The position numbers were made by a program, and so were the translations under genes. DNA of 64,000 nt from Phoronis australis (lineage: Eukaryota; Animalia; Phoronida), in assembly GCA_002633005.1 (NCBI GenBank), contig NMRA01000276.1:160172-224171 (forward strand), written 5' to 3'. Of this stretch, positions 26,501 through 38,312 are shown piece by piece; the stretch's first letter is position 1; every line of letters starts with the position of its first letter. The notes beneath the pieces are model-generated. The model saw nothing but the letters and a program-made list of their open reading frames with translations. It had not been told where the DNA came from and ran no database searches.

Positions 26501-27003
26501 GAGTTTTAGGGGGGCCACGGGCCAGGCCCCCTTGCCCCCCCAATCCACCAATGTGATCTTGTGATTTGATGTGAAATTTCTTCCTAGCTCAGATGTATTT
26601 ATTTCTGAGCTGATGAGGTGTCTTTGCTCTTTACCTTTTAAGCTGTGTAATCCATTGTTTTCATCAAACATGATGAGCCTGTTCTATGCTATAACAACAC
26701 ACTTAAACAGCAATATCTCTGTAGAAATCGATCCAAAATTTATGTAATACACACCGCCATGTTTGTCTCAAAGAGACGAATCTTTTTATATGCAGCACAT
26801 GTATATTATTTTATTTTTTACGAAATTCGTTAAAAAGGCAGATATTTTACGCATTATCGTCGCGTTTCAACGGCCATTTTCTCTTCAACCGCTCATCCAA
26901 TTTTTCTGATTTTTGCACCATTTCATTTCTCACACCAAGGGCTTTTCAAAAATGTATGACACATGGGTATTGTAAAAAAAAATAAAAAAACGTCCTCCCT
27001 ACC
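23591..27003 (+). mobile_element. Unclassified non-autonomous DNA transposon with GGTAGGGAGGAC TIR and 4-bp TSD (spans the gap)
   Basis: CAAT|GGTAGGGAGGAC ... GTCCTCCCTACC|CAAT. Internal sequence shared with 13120-13978 and 15148-15285. Confidence 0.7.
24126..24856. other. Assembly gap (N run)
   Basis: 731 N. Confidence 0.99.
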
Positions 27004-27438
27004 CAATGCCCCAATGGTCGTCCGCCTAAGCATAAAACCAGCTTGGTGTCGTACTCACCCAATTATTCCACTTCAAAGTTATGCTGTGAATAGGATTTGA
27101 TTTAACTCTCACAAATATATATTATTCATTGATTGAAATATTTTCTTTTACTTATGCTGAGTTGTTCAACTGTGCATTGCTTTTCGGCAGCCATTTTATA
27201 ATGACTCCTATGGTCGTCATATGCTGCCGCCTTTTGAAAGAACAGAAAACCACACAGAAAAAGGCCAAGAAAATAGTAGATTGTGGTTTACAGCAATTCT
27301 ACTTCAACCACAAACTGTTTTACTAGTATGATATCGGTTTTTAAATCGATTCATATTGATTTAGAATTTCAGTTATGGAAAATAACTTTTTGCTCTTTTC
27401 TGTTCTTAATACCACTTATCTATGCTGTCTTTTTATTT

Positions 27439-27924
27439 CAGGGCTTGGAATTTTCCGCGGAAACGCGGATTTCCGCTTTTTTCAAATGTGGTTTCCGCTT
27501 TTTTTATAATATTTCCGCGTAAAAAAATCGGATTTGATATAAAATTTCCGCGGCAAATTCCTTTCTTACAGCGGCGTTGCAGACGGCGTTCACCTCGAAA
27601 AGCGGAAGTTGCTCTTTATGTTTCGGAGGAACGTAAATTGTCAACATTGCGGGCCATCTGGGACAGCGTGGTGGGATTTTCAATGGCGTCTCGTGTTATT
27701 GTTAAGCGCGGCGACAAATACTACCGCTCTGCAGCCAAAAATGTGTGGGTTGGGAGCGGACGGGCGAGCTAAAAGGACGCAGACGCATGCTACTGATGGT
27801 GGTAACGTTTTATTTTTTATTTTTTTTTTAGTCCTCCCGATTTTCAAGGTTGGTTATCGGGCATGATTTGAGCCGTAAAAGTTTCAGTTTCCGCGTTTTT
27901 TGTCATTGGTCATTCCAAGCCCTG
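27439..27924 (+). mobile_element. 486-bp MITE with CAGGGCTTGGAAT TIRs (hAT-like)
   Basis: CAGGGCTTGGAAT ... ATTCCAAGCCCTG. Second copy at 1-349. TSD not clear. Confidence 0.8.
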
Positions 27925-29157
27925 TTCTTTTCAGTTTCTATTCATTCTCTGTTAACACCTTGTCAGCCAAAACAGAATGTAACCCTTTGAGGACTTTGTC
28001 GGTGCAAGTTGATCATTGAACCTCGATACAATTGTTCTAATAAATTACCTAATATTGTATTGTTTGATTTTTCTCACCTTTAACAGGCTTCTGCAATCAT
28101 AAATAAATAAATAAATACCCAAGTTGCATTTGCATTTTATTGCTCAATCTCTTCTTTATTTTTGATTATGTCATGCTGTGTTGTATGTAACAATGCAATA
28201 TAGTGAAATAAAGTCAATGTTTTACTTTATTGGTGGCCATTCTCTATCAATTCAAGTATTTTAATTTTCTTCAAATAAATTCAAAATGCATTAACCAAAA
28301 ATTTCAACATAAATGTTGAGCTCAGTACTTTATTTTGCAATAAAAAACAAGTGGACAATATTTTGATGACCAAGGAGTGGGTCGAAACTGTTAAGCACCC
28401 AGCGTGATCCATTTGTCTGCTGCGTTTTTCCTTTGGCCTAACAGGTGTCGGTTAGTGCCTGGGACAAATAGATACATTGCATAAACAATCCCTGAGTTGT
28501 TTTTTGTTCCGTCTGAAGAAAATTTAATTTCAAAAATATCTTCTGAAAATGAACAAAAAAGTGCATTAGTAAAATCTACAAGTTTTTAATTGGTCTCAAA
28601 AAAAACAGTCGGTAAATGCATTAATTTTAGTCTCAGTTCTTCCATGCGTGTTTCTCCCGAGAGGTTAGTACCTAACGTGCAGACAAGCACTTCAAATTGG
28701 AACGCTAAGTTCCGCGTGGCTGCGTTGCACGCGATAGAAGATGGCGGACGACCTTTGGAGCCTGAGGACGATAGGTATCCGGACTACATAGCCTTAGCTA
28801 GGCAATGACCATCGCCTCTGTTGGCCAGAACCAGAGGCAATGCAGCTCCTATAGGCGCTCTGTACGCCGGAAGCTTTTCGGCGAATTATGCCTCGCACCG
28901 ACTAAACCATCAAAGTCACGTTCACCTTAGGAGGTTGTCGATGTGTTTAATTCCTTCCAACTCAAACAAATACTCCCGTTATCAAACTTTTTCTTCGAGC
29001 AGTCCCTATTTCAGTTCCCAAAATCGTGAACTCACCATTTTTATACTGGCTGTCAAAATGGTCACGACAAAACAAGTAATGAAAACTTATTTCCCGCCAC
29101 CACAGAAAGACATGCACGTCGCTCCAACACCGGGAAATAGGTGGCGACTATGCCAAA

Positions 29158-29553
29158 TGTTGTATTACTTGACTGCAGCTACTGCTACAGTCAAATAGGT
29201 TCGGCCTATTGAACACGGTGAAGAGTAAAGTCTAGAATGTAGAGGGAGGAATGTAGTAAATGTCGATGTCAGTCTCAGCTGTGGTGTCTCTATGTTGTGA
29301 TGTCCTTTTCGTGACAATGTTGGTCTTGGCCTGGTGCGACACCTGACGCCAGAAGTTCCCAGCAGAGGTCACACTGTCATCACGTGACCAGTCACCTCTC
29401 AAGACCACGTGACAAGATCGTCTGGGGTTTCTGGATTTTGCGACCGTCCTGTGCGGACGTGATGCAAGTACACTCTAGACTTTACTCTTTCAGCGTGTTC
29501 AATAGGCCGAACCTGTTTGACTGTAGCAGTAGCTGCAGCCCATTAATACAACA
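29158..29553. mobile_element. ~400-bp MITE with ~80-bp TIRs, TGT...ACA ends
   Basis: CTGCAGCTACTGCTACAGTCAAATAGGTTCGGCCTATTGAACAC..AAGAGTAAAGTCTAGA mirrored at 29470-29553. No TSD found. Confidence 0.75.
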
Positions 29554-30591
29554 GACCGCACTGGGTGCATGCAAAATCTGGGAATCAACCGACACTCACC
29601 TTGCCCGTTACAGTTGCTTAAGTAAAAAACAATGCAATAAACATTTTCTTGCGTAACTCTCCGCCTTTTCTAATAATGAAAAGTATGTCATCATTTTGAA
29701 AACAGTACGCTCGTGTCACGCGCACGCGATTTCCTAAATTTTTTACGACTTCTCTTAGGAGATGATGATAGTTTGGCAGCGGCAGAATTTCTTCTGAACT
29801 TCGGTTTTTCGGTATCGAAATTCTAAAAACTTATAATGAAGTGGAACCAGTTCCGATAATTTGTTGTGGCGTGTACGCAACCTCGTGAAAGAATAACAGT
29901 TGATTGAAGAATCGGCGAATAAAGAAACTGGACAATAGGTGATGCAATATTTCATGGCGCCGAAAGCCATCGTTAAAGATCGCTCCACAACGTTAGCAGC
30001 AGAATAACGGTAGAACGCCATTTTTTCCTACATCGTTAAATAATTTAGTTTACTCAAGGAAGACTAGTTTTTAATGACAGTAATTTTGTGTCAGATTTTA
30101 TCTTACCACTTTTTACACACATCAGTGCAAAGCTGTATATTTAGTATACAGCTTTGTACCAAAGCTACCATAGCCTTAGCCTTGGAAAATTCAAAAGTTG
30201 TGCAGATTTCAGTATCTCACATTTTGAAGATTCTTGAATTGGGAGTTTTTAGCAAAGGAAAATTTTACTCTTCCAATTATGTGCTATTTAAAACAGGAAG
30301 CGTCAAATCAATGCTAGTAATGATGCTCATTTCTCTTAATGCTTATTTTTGCTGAGCGCTTAGACAAAATGAAATTGCAGTTGTTGGCCATACTGTGTGC
30401 TTAAGTGAAGTTTATTTTGGTTATCGACTCAGTTAAATAGGATTACTGTAACAAGGTGTTTAGATGAAATGGTATTCAGGTTGTCAAAACTTTTTTTTAT
30501 TTTGGGTAGGGTGCTTGCTTGCAGAGATATTTTTTTAACTTTGTCTTTGCCATTAAAGTTGGGCTCAAAATTTGTGTTTCCTGGTTAACTC

Positions 30592-30923
30592 GTGGAAGAC
30601 ATTGAACTATTTGTATGCAAGCTGTACGGCGAGTCATCAACAGTTAATAAAGCTCGCTACCACATATTCAGGTTGAAATCTGTAATCTGCCTCCTCATCA
30701 TGATTGTTTGCTGCTACATGCTAAAAGAGCAAACTACCAGTGTGCCATTCACAAACGAGCCTTGCAACAGCGTGTCGGTGCGCCATCTCCAGTTGCTAAT
30801 GGGTGGCTTTTGGAGTGGGGTAGTCTGATGCTCCACTGGATGACTCTGCCTTTAGCCCCAGAAAATGCCATGAAAAATGTCAATGGCAAGTGTAAAAGAA
30901 GTGGTTGTTGTAAAAAAATGTGA
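30592..30923 (+). pseudogene. Academ-like transposase C-terminal remnant (XPG tail leading into Cys-rich domain)
   Basis: IELFVCKLYG..VNKARY, frameshift, LPP..CLLLHAKRANYQCAIHKRAL...PSPVANGW...LHWMTLPLAP..KCKRSGC. 30180-30910 is duplicated at ~52750-53625. Confidence 0.7.
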
Positions 30924-32628
30924 TCGATAGGACACCTTTCCCGGAAGTCAACTATCTGTTGGTTGGTGTAAGCTTTGACTGCAGGCAACACCAACAACTC
31001 TGACTCATGACAGTAGTTGATAGCTATATAAAAACTGACTGACATGGTCGAGTTTGTAAGCAACAAATATCAATAAATAAACAAATAAATATGAGACAAA
31101 GTATTAGTTAATGAATTGGCGTTGATAACCAAAATACTGCCTAAACCACGGGACTATAGTACGGGAAACCACAAAATACCCAAAAAACAAAAAATACCTC
31201 GGTAACCCCAACTAAACCAAGATAAACCCCAACCTGAAAACCAAGATGAAGCCCAACCACTTGGCTACTGTGCTAGTAAACCACTAACACAGTACTACTT
31301 TTCTTTCTAACTTCNNTCCCCCCCCCCCCCCGGAATGCTAGGAATTAAACACCCAGGCACAAAAGTGGCGTAAAAGCCATTAAATACACTCCGCAAGAAC
31401 AAAAGCAGTGCCAACTATGGCAATTGTTGTAGTACTGCACAGGTTCACTAATTATGCCTCACGGAGAGTTTCTACAGTGTACGGCCTAAACAACCAGCTT
31501 CCACCAAGGTCCAAATTTGACAGGCAAAATTCTCGGGCTTGACGATGTATTTAGGGTAGTGCCATCCAGAAAACTAATACACGGACTAATCACAGGACAG
31601 CACAAGACAAGGACAAGGACGAGTGATTACAACAGAAGCTTTTCGGCATCTGGCCATTTTCACATTGTTTGTGTCATATCCCTTGGCGCAAGCATTGTAA
31701 AAATGGCCATTTGCTAACTTGGGCAACTGAACAAAGGACTGCTTGAAAAAAGTTTGATTACGGAAATATTTGTTCCAGTTGGAAGAAATTAAAGGCATCG
31801 ACAGCCTCCTAAAATGACCCTCTAAGCGCAACAGTTACTTATAGCATCATGGCTTTGATGGCTTAGTGTAAGGCATAATTCTCTAAAGAGCTTCCGGTAT
31901 ATGAAGGGTCTATGGGATGGCTATTGTCTCTACTGCTATTTGAGACGATTTTACTGTCTATCCCCAATTTAAAGAGTCAGCTTCATCCACGCATTCCTGC
32001 CTCATTGCCACTGAACTCAAAATTCAGCCTGTGTTGTCATCACTACCTAGCAGCTGCTCTGACAGCTGACAATAGAACCCATTGTTCTCCATTTCTGAAA
32101 ATCTTCAACAGGAACAGCATTTGGAAAAATTTTACTCAATACCAGTGATTTCAATGTTAACTAAGTCTAAAAAGTCTAGCGTAGAGGTAAACTTTTCAGC
32201 CACAATGTCCTGTCTTCCCACGAAGCAGACAGTCCGAGTGAAAAATTTAATAACACCAGTCACATTTTTATCACATGATAGTCGAGTCTACTGGCATTTT
32301 TCAGTCTGTATTCTGCAGCATTGTTATGGTCAATACTCAGCAATGTATGTCTGAATTTGACATTCTGAAGTTAGTAAAACATTAAAACTACTCCAGTAGA
32401 ACTTTTGTAAAAATTGCACAATATACCAGCCTACCATTATGAATACAAATAAGGTGGAGTCAACTAACCGATTTAGGTGTGTGTTCATTTTACTTGGGAC
32501 AGGAGTGTTAAGGCATGTTGATGAAAACCAATATTATTATAACAAACATTTGCAACAATGCCTTCCCATAATTTTCTGGATTCGTTACCAACTCATTCTC
32601 TAGTTGAGAACCATTTATTCTCAAATTA

Positions 32629-32655
32629 TAATAATAATAATAATAATAATAATAA
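32629..32655. repeat. (TAA)9 microsatellite
   Basis: Direct read. Confidence 0.9.
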
Positions 32656-33482
32656 CTTTATTTATAGAGGATAAAAAACATGTTAAGTGTAAAACTTATT
32701 TACCACATGGTCCTCGAAATTACAATAAATAGATAAATAAAATAAATTAACAAAAATAACCAATAATATTGAATTTCGTCATAGTGAGAAATGCACATAC
32801 AACAATTACTTTTAAGTAGGTAACAGTGTTTCCATTCAAAGGTTTGTTGAGATGCCCTGTAAGCCTGACCAGTGTTGCACTGACCACGGAATATTGAAAA
32901 GTGGCCAGCTATGAGACTAAAATTTCATTGTGTAAATGCCTGTGTAATGACTAGTTGTGTAATGGTGTTGGGGACTGATTAGCTAGGGTTCACACAACTA
33001 ATTGCTGAGTCAAGCGTAATTTTGAACAAATGATTACTTCGTAAACGATGTGGCTGCCTTCTTTCCGAACTGATCGCTAGTTTTCTGAATCGGTTGCAGG
33101 ACATTTAATCAGGTCGGGATTGCGGTCAAACCAGCTGCTGCGACACATTACGGTAGAAGCAGTCATTGAGAACGCTGGAACTCATAATTTATGTATAGTT
33201 GACAAGCTGAACTCTGTCAGGAAGCAATCACTGTTAAGGTTGTCTCTGAGCAACACATGACTAACGCTCCTGGCACAGGACAGGAATTCAATTGAAAAAT
33301 TGTTCAACTTCTTAATACTAAACCTCTGCCTATATCTGATAGCTAAACATTCTGAAGTTCGTTGGTCACAGCACTGGGATTGTAATATCCATTTATCCTA
33401 CCAGTGCCATAAAATATGATAGAAGAGGGAGCCTTATAATGTAGTGAAAAATTCTTCAACATTTTAGTTTTTCACTATATTA

Positions 33483-34271
33483 CATAGGCAGATTTAGGGG
33501 GGGGGGCCAGGGGACCCCCCCTCCCTCCTTGGCTGCTGCAAAAAAATAAAACAGCAAGAGCGTAGGGAAATGTTGAGTTTATTAATTAACCCAGGTAATT
33601 AAAATTATACGGCTGAAACAAGATTTAAATGTGTGCAGCTTTAGTGTGTTTCGGGGGGTGGGGGGGGCTCAGATCCAATTTCAAGAGTCAAATTCGGAAC
33701 ACGGCGCAATTGTAACGGAACTATTGCTAAGTATAGGCTCTCCTGCGATATCCCAGGCTACCGGCTGTGGCGCTGCGCACTACGACTCCGTTTCCGTCGT
33801 TTGCTTCACTGTGCAATGAAGAAACTTACTTCATTTTTTAAAGAAAATGGAATCTGAGTGACGATGAAAAAACAGAAGTTGTTGGTAAGATGTGAATTTG
33901 AATCAAAGCCTTAGTGAATCACTCAGAAACTTATAATTCTCTCTTTGCCAAGTCTTAACTTAAGACGATTTCCAAACCAATTGCATCATTAATGCCAACA
34001 CAAAAAAACGGATTTGGTCTTTTGGGCAATTGAAGACTATTTTAAATACAAAAAAATGGACAAAGTACAAAAAGTGTAATAAGCATTACAAATAGAAGTA
34101 GGTTTCACGCACAAATGCTGTGGACCATAAACAAGTAGGTCTCTTAGTATTAGTATACCCCCCTCCCGACCTCCCCCCATTCGGTGCTATGCACATCTAC
34201 AATTGTGCTTTGCGCAAATGTTTACAGACAAAATGTAGGGCCCCCCTTGTGACATCCTAGATCTGCCACTG
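33483..34271. mobile_element. hAT-like non-autonomous element (CA(G/T)TGGC(A/G)GAT(C/T)TAGG-type ends)
   Basis: CATAGGCAGATTTAGG..G-runs at the left, CCTAGATCTGCCACTG at the right. Related short element at 61712-61843. No clear TSD. Confidence 0.5.
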
Positions 34272-34322
34272 TATCATAAACCAAAAACAGAGCAAATAAC
34301 TGGGTTTTTTTCTTATTGACAG

Positions 34323-34410
34323 GATTTCTTTGGTGTGAGCCTCATTGTGCCATTGTTTACTGGACACTTAAAATCGCTTGGCGCTAGTGCATCACTTGCT
34401 GGTTTCATTG
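34323..34410 (+). CDS. MFSD9: MFSD9-like exon 2
   Basis: Pyrimidine tract plus CAG acceptor. DFFGVSLIVPLFTGHLKSLGASASLAGFI(G). GTAAGT donor. Phase 0 to 1. Confidence 0.88.
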
Positions 34411-35113
34411 GTAAGTTGTTACAATTAATCCATCACTTGCTGCTTCTGTAGGTGTCTGTTGATGCTAATCGGTTACTTACTGATTAAACCGAGAATTGAT
34501 GTAGCCATAGTCACAACTAAGTGACATGCATTGATTGTGTTTTAACATTTTAACTGAATGCATTCTCATATACAATGATATTTCTCCAGACTCAAAAGTG
34601 TTCTGGCACAATTAGTCATTTGAAGGCTGGTGCAGTACAGTACAGCCACTGAATTATTAGACTTCATCCAGGCTGCCTCTGGTTTGGCCAGGCATGAGCA
34701 TAACCGAAAACAGACCAGGTGTTAATCAACAGTGACAACAGTTGTGAACGTAAGTGTGACTATGCCCAGAACGTTCCATGAGTTTGACATGAATGAAGGG
34801 CAAGTGTACCATAAGCCAGGTGTGAGTTTCCCTGCCTTCATTACAGTCAGGACAATCTTAATTGCTTACTCGTTTAGCGCAACTAGAAAAAGTATTATAC
34901 TGTATTTCGAGTGGCGTTTCTCAACACTAGAATCAACCGAGGTGTAAATTGTATACGAGCTTTTCTCTTGGGTAGTTTTCAACTATATATTTATCAACTG
35001 TAATTCACTCCCACCCACCTCCCCATTCCCCGGATTCACCATCAGTAATTTGTCTACAAAACTACAAAATATTATAATTTAAACTTTAGATTTCAATTAC
35101 CTCATTTCGTGCT

Positions 35114-37535
35114 AACACAATATAGAGCCAGCTGGCTGGGCAGCTAACAGTCAACAGAATATAGAGCCAGCTGGCTGGGCAGCTAACAGTCAACACAATA
35201 TAGAGCCAGCTGGCTGGGCAGCTAACAGTCAACACAATATAGAGCCAGCTGGCTGGGCAGCTAACAGTCAACACAATATAGAGCCAGCTGGCTGGGCAGC
35301 TAACAGTCAACACAATATAGAGCCAGCTGGCTGGGCAGCTAACAGTCAACACAATATAGAGCCAGCTGGCTGGGCAGCTAACAGTCAACACAATATAGAG
35401 CCAGCTGGCTGGGCAGCTAACAGTCAACACAATATAGAGCCAGCTGGCTGGGCAGCTAACAGTCAACACAATATAGAGCCAGCTGGCTGGGCAGCTAACA
35501 GTCAACACAATATAGAGCCAGCTGGCTGGGCAGCTAACAGTCAACACAATATAGAGCCAGCTGGCTGGGCAGCTAACAGTCAACACAATATAGAGCCAGC
35601 TGGCTGGGCAGCTAACAGTCAACACAATATAGAGCCAGCTGGCTGGGCAGCTAACAGTCAACACAATATAGAGCCAGCTGGCTGGGCAGCTAACAGTCAA
35701 CACAATATAGAGCCAGCTGGCTGGGCAGCTAACAGTCAACACAATATAGAGCCAGCTGGCTGGGCAGCTAACAGTCAACACAATATAGAGCCAGCTGGCT
35801 GGGCAGCTAACAGTCAACACAATATAGAGCCAGCTGGCTGGGCAGCTAACAGTCAACACAATATAGAGCCAGCTGGCTGGGCAGCTAACAGTCAACACAA
35901 TATAGAGCCAGCTGGCTGGGCAGCTAACAGTCAACACAATATAGAGCCAGCTGGCTGGGCAGCTAACAGTCAACACAATATAGAGCCAGCTGGCTGGGCA
36001 GCTAACAGTCAACACAATATAGAGCCAGCTGGCTGGGCAGCTAACAGTCAACACAATATAGAGCCAGCTGGCTGGGCAGCTAACAGTCAACACAATATAG
36101 AGCCAGCTGGCTGGGCAGCTAACAGTCAACACAATATAGAGCCAGCTGGCTGGGCAGCTAACAGTCAACACAATATAGAGCCAGCTGGCTGGGCAGCTAA
36201 CAGTCAACACAATATAGAGCCAGCTGGCTGGGCAGCTAACAGTCAACACAATATAGAGCCAGCTGGCTGGGCAGCTAACAGTCAACACAATATAGAGCCA
36301 GCTGGCTGGGCAGCTAACAGTCAACACAATATAGAGCCAGCTGGCTGGGCAGCTAACAGTCAACACAATATAGAGCCAGCTGGCTGGGCAGCTAACAGTC
36401 AACACAATATAGAGCCAGCTGGCTGGGCAGCTAACAGTCAACACAATATAGAGCCAGCTGGCTGGGCAGCTAACAGTCAACACAATATAGAGCCAGCTGG
36501 CTGGGCAGCTAACAGTCAACACAATATAGAGCCAGCTGGCTGGGCAGCTAACAGTCAACACAATATAGAGCCAGCTGGCTGGGCAGCTAACAGTCAACAC
36601 AATATAGAGCCAGCTGGCTGGGCAGCTAACAGTCAACACAATATAGAGCCAGCTGGCTGGGCAGCTAACAGTCAACACAATATAGAGCCAGCTGGCTGGG
36701 CAGCTAACAGTCAACACAATATAGAGCCAGCTGGCTGGGCAGCTAACAGTCAACACAATATAGAGCCAGCTGGCTGGGCAGCTAACAGTCAACACAATAT
36801 AGAGCCAGCTGGCTGGGCAGCTAACAGTCAACACAATATAGAGCCAGCTGGCTGGGCAGCTAACAGTCAACACAATATAGAGCCAGCTGGCTGGGCAGCT
36901 AACAGTCAACACAATATAGAGCCAGCTGGCTGGGCAGCTAACAGTCAACACAATATAGAGCCAGCTGGCTGGGCAGCTAACAGTCAACACAATATAGAGC
37001 CAGCTGGCTGGGCAGCTAACAGTCAACACAATATAGAGCCAGCTGGCTGGGCAGCTAACAGTCAACACAATATAGAGCCAGCTGGCTGGGCAGCTAACAG
37101 TCAACACAATATAGAGCCAGCTGGCTGGGCAGCTAACAGTCAACACAATATAGAGCCAGCTGGCTGGGCAGCTAACAGTCAACACAATATAGAGCCAGCT
37201 GGCTGGGCAGCTAACAGTCAACACAATATAGAGCCAGCTGGCTGGGCAGCTAACAGTCAACACAATATAGAGCCAGCTGGCTGGGCAGCTAACAGTCAAC
37301 ACAATATAGAGCCAGCTGGCTGGGCAGCTAACAGTCAACACAATATAGAGCCAGCTGGCTGGGCAGCTAACAGTCAACACAATATAGAGCCAGCTGGCTG
37401 GGCAGCTAACAGTCAACACAATATAGAGCCAGCTGGCTGGGCAGCTAACAGTCAACACAATATAGAGCCAGCTGGCTGGGCAGCTAACAGTCAACACAAT
37501 ATAGAGCCAGCTGGCTGGGCAGCTAACAGTCAACA
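35114..37535. repeat. 39-bp tandem array, ~62 virtually identical copies
   Basis: Unit AACACAATATAGAGCCAGCTGGCTGGGCAGCTAACAGTC. Only one variant base seen (near 35157). Confidence 0.97.
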
Positions 37536-37583
37536 GGCATGTCATAATGAGGTGTCAAAGGAGCAGCTCGAGCTTCACAACTG

Positions 37584-38312
37584 AATCTAATGGGCTATTG
37601 TGATCAAATTAGTAAACTCTAGCCATCCAACAGTCATCATCCTATGGTCAATCTAATGGGCTATTGTGATCGAATTAGTAAACTCTAGCCATCCAACAGT
37701 CATCATCCTATGGTCAATCTAATGGGCTATTGTGATCGAATTAGTAAACTCTAGCCATCCAACAGTCATCATCCTATGGTCAATCTAATGGGCTATTGTG
37801 ATCGAATTAGTAAACTCTAGCCATCCAACAGTCATCATCCTATGGTCAATCTAATGGGCTATTGTGATCGAATTAGTAAACTCTAGCCATCCAACAGTCA
37901 TCATCCTATGGTCAATCTAATGGGCTATTGTGATCGAATTAGTAAACTCTAGCCATCCAACAGTCATCATCCTATGGTCAATCTAATGGGCTATTGTGAT
38001 CGAATTAGTAAACTCTAGCCATCCAACAGTCATCATCCTATGGTCAATCTAATGGGCTATTGTGATCGAATTAGTAAACTCTAGCCATCCAACAGTCATC
38101 ATCCTATGGTCAATCTAATGGGCTATTGTGATCGAATTAGTAAACTCTAGCCATCCAACAGTCATCATCCTATGGTCAATCTAATGGGCTATTGTGATCG
38201 AATTAGTAAACTCTAGCCATCCAACAGTCATCATCCTATGGTCAATCTAATGGGCTATTGTGATCGAATTAGTAAACTCTAGCCATCCAACAGTCACCAT
38301 CCTATGGTCAAT
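37584..38312. repeat. 66-bp tandem array, ~11 copies
   Basis: Unit AATCTAATGGGCTATTGTGATCGAATTAGTAAACTCTAGCCATCCAACAGTCATCATCCTATGGTC. Variants only in the first and last units. Confidence 0.97.

Larger units (their letters stand above)
28799..31960 (+). mobile_element. Possible degenerate Academ element bounded by ~250-bp diverged inverted repeats (TAG...CTA)
   Basis: 28799-29050 is an inverted, diverged copy of ~31690-31960. Both ends read TAG(G/A)CA.. inward. Encloses an Academ-like coding remnant. No TSD seen. Confidence 0.45.

Noticed and set aside
35086-37545. 819-aa minus-strand ORF as a real gene
   Set aside because: It is simply the 39-bp tandem unit read in a stop-free frame, with no synonymous variation and no domain, and it lies antisense in an intron
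35114-38312. CRISPR array
   Set aside because: The units are contiguous and identical with no unique spacers, the context is a eukaryotic intron, and there are no cas genes
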